From positions 303 to 64,302 of the forward strand of contig CADCIB010000012.1 in assembly GCA_902801375.1 (NCBI GenBank): DNA of 64,000 nt, written 5' to 3'. Of the stretch, positions 34,973 through 43,540 are shown in pieces; the first letter of the stretch is position 1; the number at the start of each line of letters is the position of its first letter. The notes under the pieces are model-generated. The model ran no database searches, was not told where the DNA came from, and saw only the letters and a program-made list of their open reading frames with translations. The position numbers and the translations under genes are program-made. Origin of the DNA: an uncultured Prevotellaceae bacterium. Lineage in GTDB: Bacteria; Bacteroidota; Bacteroidia; Bacteroidales; Bacteroidaceae.

Positions 34973-35008
34973 CCTGTCGTTCGTCAAAGTTACGACACTA
35001 AAATACGG

Positions 35009-35055
35009 ATTTTCTGCGCCGAGAAGTCTTTTCTTGCGCAGAAAATCTTTTTTTT
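35009..35055 (+). terminator. Rho-independent terminator (11-bp stem + T8) built from the TTCTGCGC motif
   Basis: ATTTTCTGCGC (35009-35019) pairs with GCGCAGAAAAT (35036-46). The loop is 16 nt and a T8 run follows (35048-55). It lies 37 nt after the stop of the 34343..34972 gene. Confidence 0.6.
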
Positions 35056-35123
35056 GTTATTTCTTTCTTTTGTTTGAAAAAAAAATAGTAATTTAGCCGA
35101 AAAATTACGCAAGGTTGACGACA

Positions 35124-35627
35124 ATGAATAGAAAAAAAGGCATTTACGTGTTCATGACAGCATTGATGCTGTTGGGTATGGGATGCACATTTGCATCCTG
35201 TGGTAGTGATGACGATGACGACGCTCAGGGAAACCGCGAAGTGGCGGAGCTGAAGGCCATGCTGCTCGACGAGAACGGGCAAGTGTTTTTCGAAGCTATG
35301 GGTGGAAGCGACTACAAGATTGGGTTGTTGTCGAAGGAAGACGCCATAGACCTGATCAAGCTCTACGTGGGCAGCGACTTCACGGGGCAGCCCCGCATCT
35401 ATAAGCTCGACGACAACAAGGGCACGATAGATGTCGCAATCGGCGACAACGGCGTGTACTACTTCGTTGGATTCGCCGTAGAGGGCATCCCGCATTTTCG
35501 GTTGTGTATGCTCGACGAGGGTGGCAATGCCTTCAGCATGAAGCATACATGTAACGTCTGCGGCTACTCCTGGATAAGCACAATCAACCGTTGTCCCAGA
35601 TCAGGGAATAGGACCTATCATCCATAA
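35124..35627 (+). CDS. Small lipoprotein with acidic export signal and C-terminal Cys/His knuckle (167 aa)
   Basis: ORF 35115..35627 begins at a TTG; ATG 35124 is preferred. Lipobox CTFASC followed by GSDDDDD. C-terminus HTCNVCGYSWISTINRCPRSGNRTYHP (H-x-C-x2-C ... C ... H). Confidence 0.65.
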   Translation: MNRKKGIYVFMTALMLLGMGCTFASCGSDDDDDAQGNREVAELKAMLLDENGQVFFEAMGGSDYKIGLLSKEDAIDLIKLYVGSDFTGQPRIYKLDDNKGTIDVAIGDNGVYYFVGFAVEGIPHFRLCMLDEGGNAFSMKHTCNVCGYSWISTINRCPRSGNRTYHP

Positions 35628-35629
35628 CC

Positions 35630-36796
35630 ATGAGGCGACCGCAACTACCTACTGCCGTATGCAGCCTTTGTCTGTTGATGCTCTCCGTCGCGGCACAAGC
35701 CCAGACGGTGAGGGGGAGCATGGGCTTCATCGGGAAGGTGGGCCACTGGATTGACGACATGACCGGCGAAGGCATCGACTCCTGCTATATCGAGGTGCCC
35801 GTGCGCCCGTGGCAGGTCATCGCCAAGGGCTACGCCAATCAGAGCGACCTCCACATGGAGTCGGTCTTCGACGGGAGCCAGATGTTTCAGGGCGTGGTAG
35901 GCGATGTCACCGTCGAGCCTCGCATCCGCACCGCCGTCACCACGTCCGTCGGCCTCTGGGTGGGCTATCGCGGATGGGGAATCGGCTATTCTGCCAGCAT
36001 TGCGGGCGACAAGGGCGTTGACTGGGACCTTGAGTCTACGTCGACACACTACTATGCCAAGTTGCGGCTTCATAGTTTCGAAGGCGGCGACTTCAAAACC
36101 CGCCAGCGTGGCTACTTGGCCGATCCTGAGGACGAAGCGGCCACACCCGAGCCCTTCGACATCGTGCAACCGCTATACCTCAGCTCGCCCGTCAAAATCA
36201 AGACGCAGCTCTTTGAGGCAGTCTACATCTTCAATAGCAGCCGTTTCTCCTACACCGCCGCCTACGACCAGTCGGTCATCCAGCGGCGTTCGGCAGGGTC
36301 GCCGGTTGCCGGCCTGCGCTATTTCCACTCCGATTACGACTATGCCCACGATAGCAATGCCGACCTCATCCTCAACATGAACGACATCGGACGCATCAAC
36401 ACGTGGCAGGTCAGCATCGGAGGGGGGTATGCCTACAACTGGGTGCCCTTCAAGGGATTGCTGGTCAGTGCATTGGCCATGCCGATGGTCACGGCCTACA
36501 ACCATATCAAGACCTATAGCTACGACTCCAACTACAGGCAGATGGCTCTCGACGAGGTCGTGCATAGCGACGATGAACTGCCCCGTGAGGACTACCGCAT
36601 CACGCTGATGGACACCGATAGCCGCAACAGCCGCATCACGCTGAACGTCAATAGCCGGGTGTCGCTGACCTACAATTGGTCGGACTGGTTTGTCAGTGTG
36701 AACGGCAACTTCTATCACTCTCGCTACCATTACAAAAACAACCGTGGGCAGCTGAACGAGTGGAGTGCTATGCTCAGGTTTGGCGTGAGATTGTAA
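35630..36796 (+). CDS. Putative outer-membrane beta-barrel protein (DUF4421-like)
   Basis: Signal peptide MRRPQLPTAVCSLCLLMLSVAAQAQ. Long runs of alternating hydrophobic/aromatic residues (VSIGGGYAYNWVPFKGLLVSALAMPMVTAYNH). It starts 3 nt after the upstream stop. The family assignment is from memory only. Confidence 0.55.
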   Translation: MRRPQLPTAVCSLCLLMLSVAAQAQTVRGSMGFIGKVGHWIDDMTGEGIDSCYIEVPVRPWQVIAKGYANQSDLHMESVFDGSQMFQGVVGDVTVEPRIRTAVTTSVGLWVGYRGWGIGYSASIAGDKGVDWDLESTSTHYYAKLRLHSFEGGDFKTRQRGYLADPEDEAATPEPFDIVQPLYLSSPVKIKTQLFEAVYIFNSSRFSYTAAYDQSVIQRRSAGSPVAGLRYFHSDYDYAHDSNADLILNMNDIGRINTWQVSIGGGYAYNWVPFKGLLVSALAMPMVTAYNHIKTYSYDSNYRQMALDEVVHSDDELPREDYRITLMDTDSRNSRITLNVNSRVSLTYNWSDWFVSVNGNFYHSRYHYKNNRGQLNEWSAMLRFGVRL

Positions 36797-36831
36797 CCTG
36801 CACGCTGGTAAGTATTCCAGAAGGAAGCGCA

Positions 36832-36886
36832 AGACCTGATACGACGTTTTGTCGGGGGAGTAGCTTTGCATAGACCTGATACGACG
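36832..36886 (+). promoter_or_regulatory. 15-bp direct repeats AGACCTGATACGACG bracketing a -7 box TAGCTTTG
   Basis: Repeat copies at 36832-36846 and 36872-36886, with a 40-bp period. TAGCTTTG at 36861-36868 is 75 nt upstream of ATG 36943. Confidence 0.45.
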
Positions 36887-36942
36887 ATTGGCCAGGGTCA
36901 TCCTGGTGTCTTAAGAATAGAATAAATCAAAAATAAGTTAGT

Positions 36943-38046
36943 ATGCGGAAGTTCCTTTTTTTAGCATTCGTGCTGTTGATAGCGGCTTGCACGAAAGATG
37001 GTGATACCATCTACAAGCCCGACCCGAACGAAGAGGCGGCGAGTACCACACCATTGGTGACAGTCATCTACGACGCCAATGCGCTGGGCGACCATTCGTA
37101 CAACGACCTGATCTATGAGGGCGTGGAACGCGCCGCCCAGGATTTGGGGCTCCGCACCCTGCAGCTGTCGCCACAAACCACCGAAGAGGGATTGCAATAT
37201 CTGGAGCTGATGTTCCGGCAGATGGAAACGGCACAGGACACGGTGCGCCGACTGTTCATTGTGACCTCTCCCAGCTACGACGATTTCATCCGCAAGAACA
37301 ACAAGCGCCTGGAGGCAAACCCATACGCCGACCTGCTCTTTCTGGAAACGCGCAAGCCGCTGGAGGGGAAAGGCTCCACGCTCTTTCTCACCTACTACGG
37401 CGCGATGTATGAAGGGGGCAGGATAGCGGCGGCCGAGGAGCGGATGAACGTCATGCTCTTGGGTGCCAACCGGAAGACGCCATCCGTCACAGATGCCCTA
37501 CAGGGCTTCAGCGACGGCTTTGAGGCAGGCCTGAAACTGCTCACGGCAGAGCAAGCTGGCAAAAACCATCTGGCGTCGGCTTATCTTGACGAAAGGGGCG
37601 AGGGCGGTTTCAGCGTTGCCGACTCTACGGCCATGCGACTGCTTCGCCAGTGGAACGCCGCTGACATCTACATGCTGGTGCCCGTTTGCGGCGGCGCTTC
37701 GAATACGTTCGCACGTTTGAACAGTTCCACGCAGGGGAATATGGACATCGTTGGCATCGACGTCTTTTACGACAGCTATTACTCCCCGTACTCGATCGTG
37801 AAGCACATCGACCGTGCTTTGCTTCAAAGCATCAGACAATGGTTCGCCAACGGGACAATGCCCAAGCACCAGAAGCTTGGACTGAAAGAGGGATACACGG
37901 AAGTGACCCTGAACCCCAACAGCGATATCTATATCTGGGCTCCCCCAGGTTACGAGGGAGAAACGACGCCTTGCCTGTCTGAGGAGATGAAAAAAGAAAT
38001 GCACGAAGAAGCCGTGAGAAAGGAGGAAGAACATGAGGGTAATTAA
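36943..38046 (+). CDS. BMP/PnrA-like (type-1 periplasmic-binding fold) lipoprotein
   Basis: Lipobox LLIAAC followed by TKDGD. VTVIYDANALGDHSYNDLIYEGVERAAQDLG resembles the N-terminal signature of the basic-membrane-protein family (GDxSFND...G). No ABC permease or ATPase gene is nearby. Confidence 0.6.
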   Translation: MRKFLFLAFVLLIAACTKDGDTIYKPDPNEEAASTTPLVTVIYDANALGDHSYNDLIYEGVERAAQDLGLRTLQLSPQTTEEGLQYLELMFRQMETAQDTVRRLFIVTSPSYDDFIRKNNKRLEANPYADLLFLETRKPLEGKGSTLFLTYYGAMYEGGRIAAAEERMNVMLLGANRKTPSVTDALQGFSDGFEAGLKLLTAEQAGKNHLASAYLDERGEGGFSVADSTAMRLLRQWNAADIYMLVPVCGGASNTFARLNSSTQGNMDIVGIDVFYDSYYSPYSIVKHIDRALLQSIRQWFANGTMPKHQKLGLKEGYTEVTLNPNSDIYIWAPPGYEGETTPCLSEEMKKEMHEEAVRKEEEHEGN

Positions 38047-38065
38047 AAAACTCGAGAATTCAAGA

Positions 38066-40423
38066 ATGAAAAGGGAACTGCGTCGTTTTTCATGCGCCAG
38101 CTTTGTTCTTTTGGGCTTTGTGGGGCTTACATTCATCTTGTCGGCATGCCGACAGGAGGACGATACCATCGTCTATCAGCAGTCGCGGCGATGGGTGGAG
38201 AAGACGGTGGCCGTGGTGGCACCGACAAGTGCCGACGCAGCCACGAAGGCACGGTTTGAGCGCACGGCGCAATGGTTTCTTGATAACCTGCACCATGCAC
38301 AGCTGCACGATACGTTGTGCATCAGCCTGAAGCTGGAGTGGCACGACGAACTGACGGAAAACCTTGCTCAGCTTGGTGAGACTCTGGCTGGCAGAGACGA
38401 CGTGATAGCCGTCATCGGACCTTTCGGCAACGATGCCGTGGCTAAGCTCGCTCCAGCATGCCAGCAGACTCACAAACCAGTCATCGCTCCAACGGCTACC
38501 AGCGAGGATGTCATCCGGCGTTTCGCCGTGGGAACGGCAGGTGTAGCCAACAAGAAACCGTTTCTGTGGTCGCTCACCGAAACCGATATCACCTTCTGCG
38601 AGGTGTTGTTAAGCATGTATGCCTCGTTTGTCAAGAGTATGGGCAACGACTTGGAAACCAGCACGCCGGCTGCCCTCTTTTCACCTAACGACAGCTATGG
38701 GCGTACGTTCTTCGACTGGGGACCCTATCAGGCTCAAGAGATGGGTATTCCCTTCTCGCACAACGACCAGTATACCGACAATGCCGACCTACGCCGCCGC
38801 ATGAAGGACTACTTGGACGAGTTGAACGAATTGCCCACTTTTGGTAGTTTGTTCATCGGTAGTTTCTGTGTCGTCGAGACCTTACAACAACTCTACGACA
38901 TAGCCCGCTTGCGCATGGAGTGGTGGAATCTCAACCCCGACGAACCTTTGAAAGAAGAGGGAGAAGAGGAGGCACGGCAGTTGTTGGAGTTCTGGGGGCG
39001 TACCTATTTCGCCTTCAGCAACCTGACGCAGGAGGGACTCGATGCTCTTGGCCAGAAAGGGACCGACATCCTGCAGTACTACCAGGGTTTCTCGCCCTAC
39101 GCCGACCCCACGACAGGCTTTGAGAAGAGCTACGAGGTGAAGTTTGGCACCAAGCCAACCTTCGCAGAGTGTAAGTTCTACGATGCGTTGATGCTAACGG
39201 CCTTTGCCGCCAGCTATCTGGAGCATCAACAATCTCAAGAATCTCTCAATCTCAATGATGCCATCATCGCCATCACCACCCCGCAAACCCAACAATTGAG
39301 CGGTGCTGCCTGGAACCAGACCTCGATGGAACTCTACCTCTCCGCTTTGGAACAAGGCAGGCTGATGGACTTCGTGGGAGCCTCGGGCGACATTCGTTTC
39401 GACAACGAGACCTACACTTCGGCTGTACAAACCACCTACGTCCACTGGCAGATTAAAGACGGCAAAATCATACATCAGAATTACCTGAGCAGCGACGGTA
39501 GCCGACGCACAAGTTCGGCCTTGGCCGCCTGGAACTGGCTCATGGAAAATCCCGAGGAAGCCTTTGCCAATGAAGCAGAAAACAAGGACGTAGACATCGC
39601 TTATCCTGACCTCACTGGGCAGTATGCCGTATTGGTGCAGGGCAGCTACGGTTGGAACAACTACCGCCATCAGGCCGACGTGCTCAGCGTTTACCAGATG
39701 CTCAAGAAGAACGGCTTCGACGACGACCATATCATCCTGATCCTCGACAAGGCACTTGCCTCTGACGCAAAGAATCCAGAGCCGGGTGTTATTCGTGCCG
39801 AAGATGGTGGCAAAGACTTGATGGGTGGAAGTGACATCGACTACGACAATGCTGCCATCACTCCCGCCGACATCAGCAACATTTTGCTGGGAGTCAATAC
39901 AGAAAAGACACCTGTTGTTCTGCCTAAGGATGCTGGGCAGAACGTGCTCATCTTCTGGAGTGGTCATGGCCACAACCGTGCCAGCAATGGTGCTGATGAG
40001 CTGGCGTGGCGCGATGCCGACAACGGACAAGGAATGACCGCCGAAAGGCTCCGTCAGACCATCAGCCAGATGCAGCAGCAGGGCCACTATCGCAAGATGC
40101 TCGTCCTCACAGAACCCTGTTTCTCAGAGGTCGTCATCACTCCTTTGGTCGGTATACCCGGTGTATTGGCCATGTCGAGTTCCGGCACCTACGAGCAGTC
40201 GTTTGCCGACAACTGGAGCAGTGAGCTTGGCGTGTGGCGATGCGACCGCTTCAGTCGCAATCTCGTCGCACACCTGACGGCATCGCCATCGACGACCTAC
40301 CGCGACCTCTACCTCTACTGTGCCCAGCGCACCCTGGGGTCGCACGTCCATATCTTGAACTCCGCCCACTTCGGCAATCTCTACACCACCGGCCCGCAGG
40401 AGTTCTTCACGAAGTCAAAATAG
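38066..40423 (+). CDS. Lipoprotein fusion: type-1 periplasmic-binding-like domain + C13 (legumain-like) cysteine peptidase
   Basis: Start moved to ATG 38066 (lipobox FILSAC followed by RQEDD). The C-terminal approximately 300 aa align to the legumain pattern: YAVLVQGSYGWNNYRHQADV, catalytic His in IFWSGHGH, and catalytic Cys in LTEPCFSE (legumain has EACESG). Confidence 0.75.
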   Translation: MKRELRRFSCASFVLLGFVGLTFILSACRQEDDTIVYQQSRRWVEKTVAVVAPTSADAATKARFERTAQWFLDNLHHAQLHDTLCISLKLEWHDELTENLAQLGETLAGRDDVIAVIGPFGNDAVAKLAPACQQTHKPVIAPTATSEDVIRRFAVGTAGVANKKPFLWSLTETDITFCEVLLSMYASFVKSMGNDLETSTPAALFSPNDSYGRTFFDWGPYQAQEMGIPFSHNDQYTDNADLRRRMKDYLDELNELPTFGSLFIGSFCVVETLQQLYDIARLRMEWWNLNPDEPLKEEGEEEARQLLEFWGRTYFAFSNLTQEGLDALGQKGTDILQYYQGFSPYADPTTGFEKSYEVKFGTKPTFAECKFYDALMLTAFAASYLEHQQSQESLNLNDAIIAITTPQTQQLSGAAWNQTSMELYLSALEQGRLMDFVGASGDIRFDNETYTSAVQTTYVHWQIKDGKIIHQNYLSSDGSRRTSSALAAWNWLMENPEEAFANEAENKDVDIAYPDLTGQYAVLVQGSYGWNNYRHQADVLSVYQMLKKNGFDDDHIILILDKALASDAKNPEPGVIRAEDGGKDLMGGSDIDYDNAAITPADISNILLGVNTEKTPVVLPKDAGQNVLIFWSGHGHNRASNGADELAWRDADNGQGMTAERLRQTISQMQQQGHYRKMLVLTEPCFSEVVITPLVGIPGVLAMSSSGTYEQSFADNWSSELGVWRCDRFSRNLVAHLTASPSTTYRDLYLYCAQRTLGSHVHILNSAHFGNLYTTGPQEFFTKSK

Positions 40424-40447
40424 TTTCATTTCAATGATTATATCTGT

Positions 40448-41332
40448 ATGATGCAAAACAAAATCACTGAGGGCTACATGCCCTTCATGGGACATCAGAC
40501 CTACTACCGCGTAGTGGGCGAGCCAACGGAGAAAGCACCTCTGTTGTTGCTTCATGGCGGTCCTGGAAGCACGCACAACTATTTCGAAGTGCTCGACTGT
40601 ATCGCCGATACGGGGCGACAAGTCATCTCCTACGACCAGATAGGTTGCGGCAATTCCTATCTCGATGGTCATCCCGAACTGTGGACGCAAAAGACCTGGA
40701 TAGACGAGCTCATCGCCATCCGCGAGTACCTTCATTTGGACAGCGTGCACATTCTCGGTCAGTCGTGGGGGGCTATGCAGGCCATTGCGTATGCCATAGA
40801 CAACAAACCTTCAGGAGTCAAGTCGCTCATTCTTTCTTCGGGTCATGCTTCCAGCAGCCTGTGGGCCAGTGAACAGCATCGGCTCATCAAGTATTTGTCG
40901 GCAGAAGACCAGGAAGCGATAAGTCGTGCGGAAGCCTCTGGCAAGTGGGACGATCCCGACTACCTGCGCGCCAACGACCATTACTTCGAGCAGTTTGTCA
41001 TCAGCGTCGACGAACACTCGCCCGAGTGCATCCGACGTCCGAAACGTTCGGGCACGGAAGCCTATCTCTATGGTTGGGGACCCAATGAGTATCAGCCTCT
41101 TGGCAGTCTGAAGGACTTCGAGTATACCGATCGGCTTTGCCATATCTCTCAGCCAGTCCTGATATGCAGTGGCACGCGCGACATCTGCACACCTGTTGTC
41201 GCAGCCTCGCTCTACGAAAATATCCCCAACAGCCGATGGCATCTGTTCCGGCATGCCCGCCACACCTGTTTCATTGATGCTTGCGATGAGTATTGCCAGG
41301 TGCTCACCCGCTGGTTGCAAGAGCATGACTAA
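40448..41332 (+). CDS. pip: Proline iminopeptidase (S33 alpha/beta hydrolase)
   Basis: LLLLHGGPGS oxyanion region and GQSWG nucleophile elbow. The size (294 aa) and N-terminal YYRVVGEP pattern are typical of prolyl aminopeptidases. Confidence 0.75.
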   Translation: MMQNKITEGYMPFMGHQTYYRVVGEPTEKAPLLLLHGGPGSTHNYFEVLDCIADTGRQVISYDQIGCGNSYLDGHPELWTQKTWIDELIAIREYLHLDSVHILGQSWGAMQAIAYAIDNKPSGVKSLILSSGHASSSLWASEQHRLIKYLSAEDQEAISRAEASGKWDDPDYLRANDHYFEQFVISVDEHSPECIRRPKRSGTEAYLYGWGPNEYQPLGSLKDFEYTDRLCHISQPVLICSGTRDICTPVVAASLYENIPNSRWHLFRHARHTCFIDACDEYCQVLTRWLQEHD

Positions 41333-41358
41333 AACGGCTGATTTTTGGATAGACAAAA

Positions 41359-41397
41359 AAAGTATCGCGCAAAACGAGTTGCTTCGCGCGATACTTT
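41359..41397. terminator. Bidirectional hairpin terminator between convergent genes
   Basis: AAAGTATCGCGC (41359-70) pairs with GCGCGATACTTT (41386-97). This is a 12-bp perfect stem with a 15-nt loop, A-rich on the left and T-rich on the right. Confidence 0.65.
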
Positions 41398-41423
41398 ATA
41401 TATTGCATGCATGATTGGCAGGC

Positions 41424-43328
41424 CTATCTTTGCATGAACTTCATGCTCTTGCGGGTGCCGTCGGCGAGTGTGACTGTCTTGATGACCAGGCCCTTGGTGT
41501 TGGGAGCGACGGTACGTCCCTGTACATCGGTGTAGGTGGGCTGTTGCGTGAGGGTTGATGGGTGCTGAGCGATGGCAGTAGGATCCTGCTCCACGGGAAC
41601 GAAGTCCTCGCAGTCCAACCAGGTCGTCGCTGAGCGGTTCTCCTCGCCGCCACCTGTGAACACAGTGCGTACGCCGATGGTGGGATAGTCGACATTGAAG
41701 AGCTCTATGCCATAGCGGCCATCCTCAAACAGGAGGCTCCAGTTTTCAGTGTAGCCGTAGGGCACCATCGTCATTTCCTGCTGGATATTGGGATAGTCGG
41801 CCTTGGTGAACACCAGCAGCTCTTCGCGGTCGGCATATTTCTTGATGACTTCGAAGAACACTTTGTCGGTGGGCAGGGCGTTGTACTGCTCGTCGTAGGG
41901 CATGATCATCATCTGCAGGCTGCCGTTGCCGTCGAAGCCCTCGTCGTGCTGTCTGAACGAAGCCACCTGCGGAGCCATCGGTGTGGCTGACATTTCGCCG
42001 GGTGTGAAGGTGACGCCTGCATAGACCTCGTAGGGTGCGATTGCAGTCTTCGAGGAGTTGATCATCATGTAGTAGCCACCGCCAGAGAATACGCGGGTGG
42101 AGGCATCGTAGATAGTGATGAAGTCGCTCATTTCGCCCACAAACTGTCCGGAGAAGTAGAAGGGGTAGAGCTGCTTTCCGAAATACTGCCCTTTGGCGAA
42201 GGTCACCTCGTCGTCGTCGACCGTACCTTTCACCCAAGCCTCGGGCATGGCGCTGCACAAGCCCTGCACGTAGACTTCGTTGGCTCCGCTCCACGCCACC
42301 TTGATGTTCCATGCGGCATCCTCGGTTCCCTGGTAGGCGCCATCCTGGTCGTAGAGCATCTTCTTGCCTTTGAAGATATACGGCTGCGGGTTGATGTTGG
42401 CAGGAGGCGTCACCACCTCGTCCTCGATGGGAGCCTCACCGCCTTGGCGGAAGAGCACGGCATAGGTGACAGCACCCAATACGTTGTCGCTGCCGTTGAT
42501 GAGGAAGACGTACATGTCGCCCAAGGTCATCGTGCCCGTAGCTTCGTCGTAGTGGAACACGATGCTGGTCTCCTGGCCGTTGTAGCCAATGAGGTAGAGA
42601 TCCTGACCGCCGTAGCTGCCGCCTACCTGCCGCGAGGGGAAGGTGATGGTCTCGCCGCTGAGCGTGCCCTTGATCCAGCTGGTTTCCTGATAGCCCAGGC
42701 CCTGCACATAGACGTCCTGACCGTAGAAGGCCACGCGGCCCGTATAGTCGGAGGTCTGCGTCTGCGTCAGATCTTCCATGTTCTGATCGGTCACCTCTGT
42801 CAGGCGGAAGGTGTAGTTGTAGACCTGCGCACCTTCGGGCAGTCCGTCGACGGAACCCTGACTGGTGCCGGGGGTGTAGATGACGTTCATCATGCGTCCG
42901 CCCACGTAGTCGTTGGCATCGACGGCGAGAATCTCATGCTCGCAATAGAGCACACCCGACTCTTCGATGTAGGTGAAGACGATGTCTTCCAATCCTCCGT
43001 GTTCAGAAGTGCGTCCGGCCAGATAGTAGTTCTTGTTGTTGGCCTTGCCAGCCAGCTGCATTTTGGCAACGGTGAGGGTTGAGCCATTGAGTGTTCCCTT
43101 CACCCAGATATCGGCCGAGAAGCCGAGGCCCGAGAGATAGATGTCGTTGCCGTCGAAGGCCACCTTGCATTGGTCGGTGTAGTTCGTTTGGTTGTCGTTG
43201 TAGTCGATGTCAGTATACGACAGCGTGTAGTCTTCCACTGTGGCGCTTTCAGGAACCGTGACGGTTTCTTGAGCCCATCCTGCGACAACACACAGAAGGG
43301 CAACCACGAATAATGTAATTTTCTTCAT
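41424..43328 (-). CDS. Secreted protein with three internal ~190-aa repeats, probable T9SS cargo (634 aa)
   Basis: Signal peptide MKKITLFVVALLCVVAGWAQ. Repeat cores: VAFDGNDIYLSGLGFSADIWVKGTLNGSTLTV, VAFYGQDVYVQGLGYQETSWIKGTLSGETITF and VAWSGANEVYVQGLCSAMPEAWVKGTVDDDEVTF. The C-terminus YTDVQGRTVAPNTKGLVIKTVTLADGTRKSMKFMQR is T9SS-tail-like. Confidence 0.7.
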   Translation of the reverse strand: MKKITLFVVALLCVVAGWAQETVTVPESATVEDYTLSYTDIDYNDNQTNYTDQCKVAFDGNDIYLSGLGFSADIWVKGTLNGSTLTVAKMQLAGKANNKNYYLAGRTSEHGGLEDIVFTYIEESGVLYCEHEILAVDANDYVGGRMMNVIYTPGTSQGSVDGLPEGAQVYNYTFRLTEVTDQNMEDLTQTQTSDYTGRVAFYGQDVYVQGLGYQETSWIKGTLSGETITFPSRQVGGSYGGQDLYLIGYNGQETSIVFHYDEATGTMTLGDMYVFLINGSDNVLGAVTYAVLFRQGGEAPIEDEVVTPPANINPQPYIFKGKKMLYDQDGAYQGTEDAAWNIKVAWSGANEVYVQGLCSAMPEAWVKGTVDDDEVTFAKGQYFGKQLYPFYFSGQFVGEMSDFITIYDASTRVFSGGGYYMMINSSKTAIAPYEVYAGVTFTPGEMSATPMAPQVASFRQHDEGFDGNGSLQMMIMPYDEQYNALPTDKVFFEVIKKYADREELLVFTKADYPNIQQEMTMVPYGYTENWSLLFEDGRYGIELFNVDYPTIGVRTVFTGGGEENRSATTWLDCEDFVPVEQDPTAIAQHPSTLTQQPTYTDVQGRTVAPNTKGLVIKTVTLADGTRKSMKFMQR

Positions 43329-43376
43329 TTGCTTGTTGTATTTAAATTGTTCGTAATTTTCTCAAGATTGAGGGTG

Positions 43377-43384
43377 CAAAGTTA
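43377..43384 (-). promoter_or_regulatory. -7 promoter box (TAacTTTG on minus strand)
   Basis: CAAAGTTA lies 49 nt upstream of the start at 43328. Confidence 0.5.
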
Positions 43385-43510
43385 CGCTTTCTTAAAAAGA
43401 TAGGCAAACAATCAGCTCGTTTTTTTGTCATTTTTCCAAATAATTCTTAATTCTTAATTCTTGTTTCTAAATATTTCATCTTTCATTCCCCATCTTTCAT
43501 CCATTTTTCG

Positions 43511-43518
43511 TACCTTTG
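43511..43518 (+). promoter_or_regulatory. -7 promoter box TAccTTTG
   Basis: 23 nt upstream of ATG 43541. Confidence 0.55.
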
Positions 43519-43540
43519 CCCGCCGAAAAAAAAGACTACC

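Noticed and set aside
35009-35046. Considered whether the TTCTGCGC / GCGCAGAA inverted pair upstream of the 35124 operon is a fourth copy of the AraC-type operator.
   Set aside because: The geometry differs: it is inverted with a 16-nt spacer, rather than direct with a 19-bp period. An 11-bp stem followed by T8 fits a terminator for the upstream gene better. It is kept as a terminator, and the motif sharing is only noted.
35077-35085. A9/A8/T8 runs just upstream of start codons or in promoters (35077-85, 34330-38, 12799-12806, 5184-91), as possible phase-variable tracts.
   Set aside because: A-rich leaders directly upstream of ATG are the normal translation-initiation context in Bacteroidota. 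The tracts are short and there is no in-window evidence of length variation.
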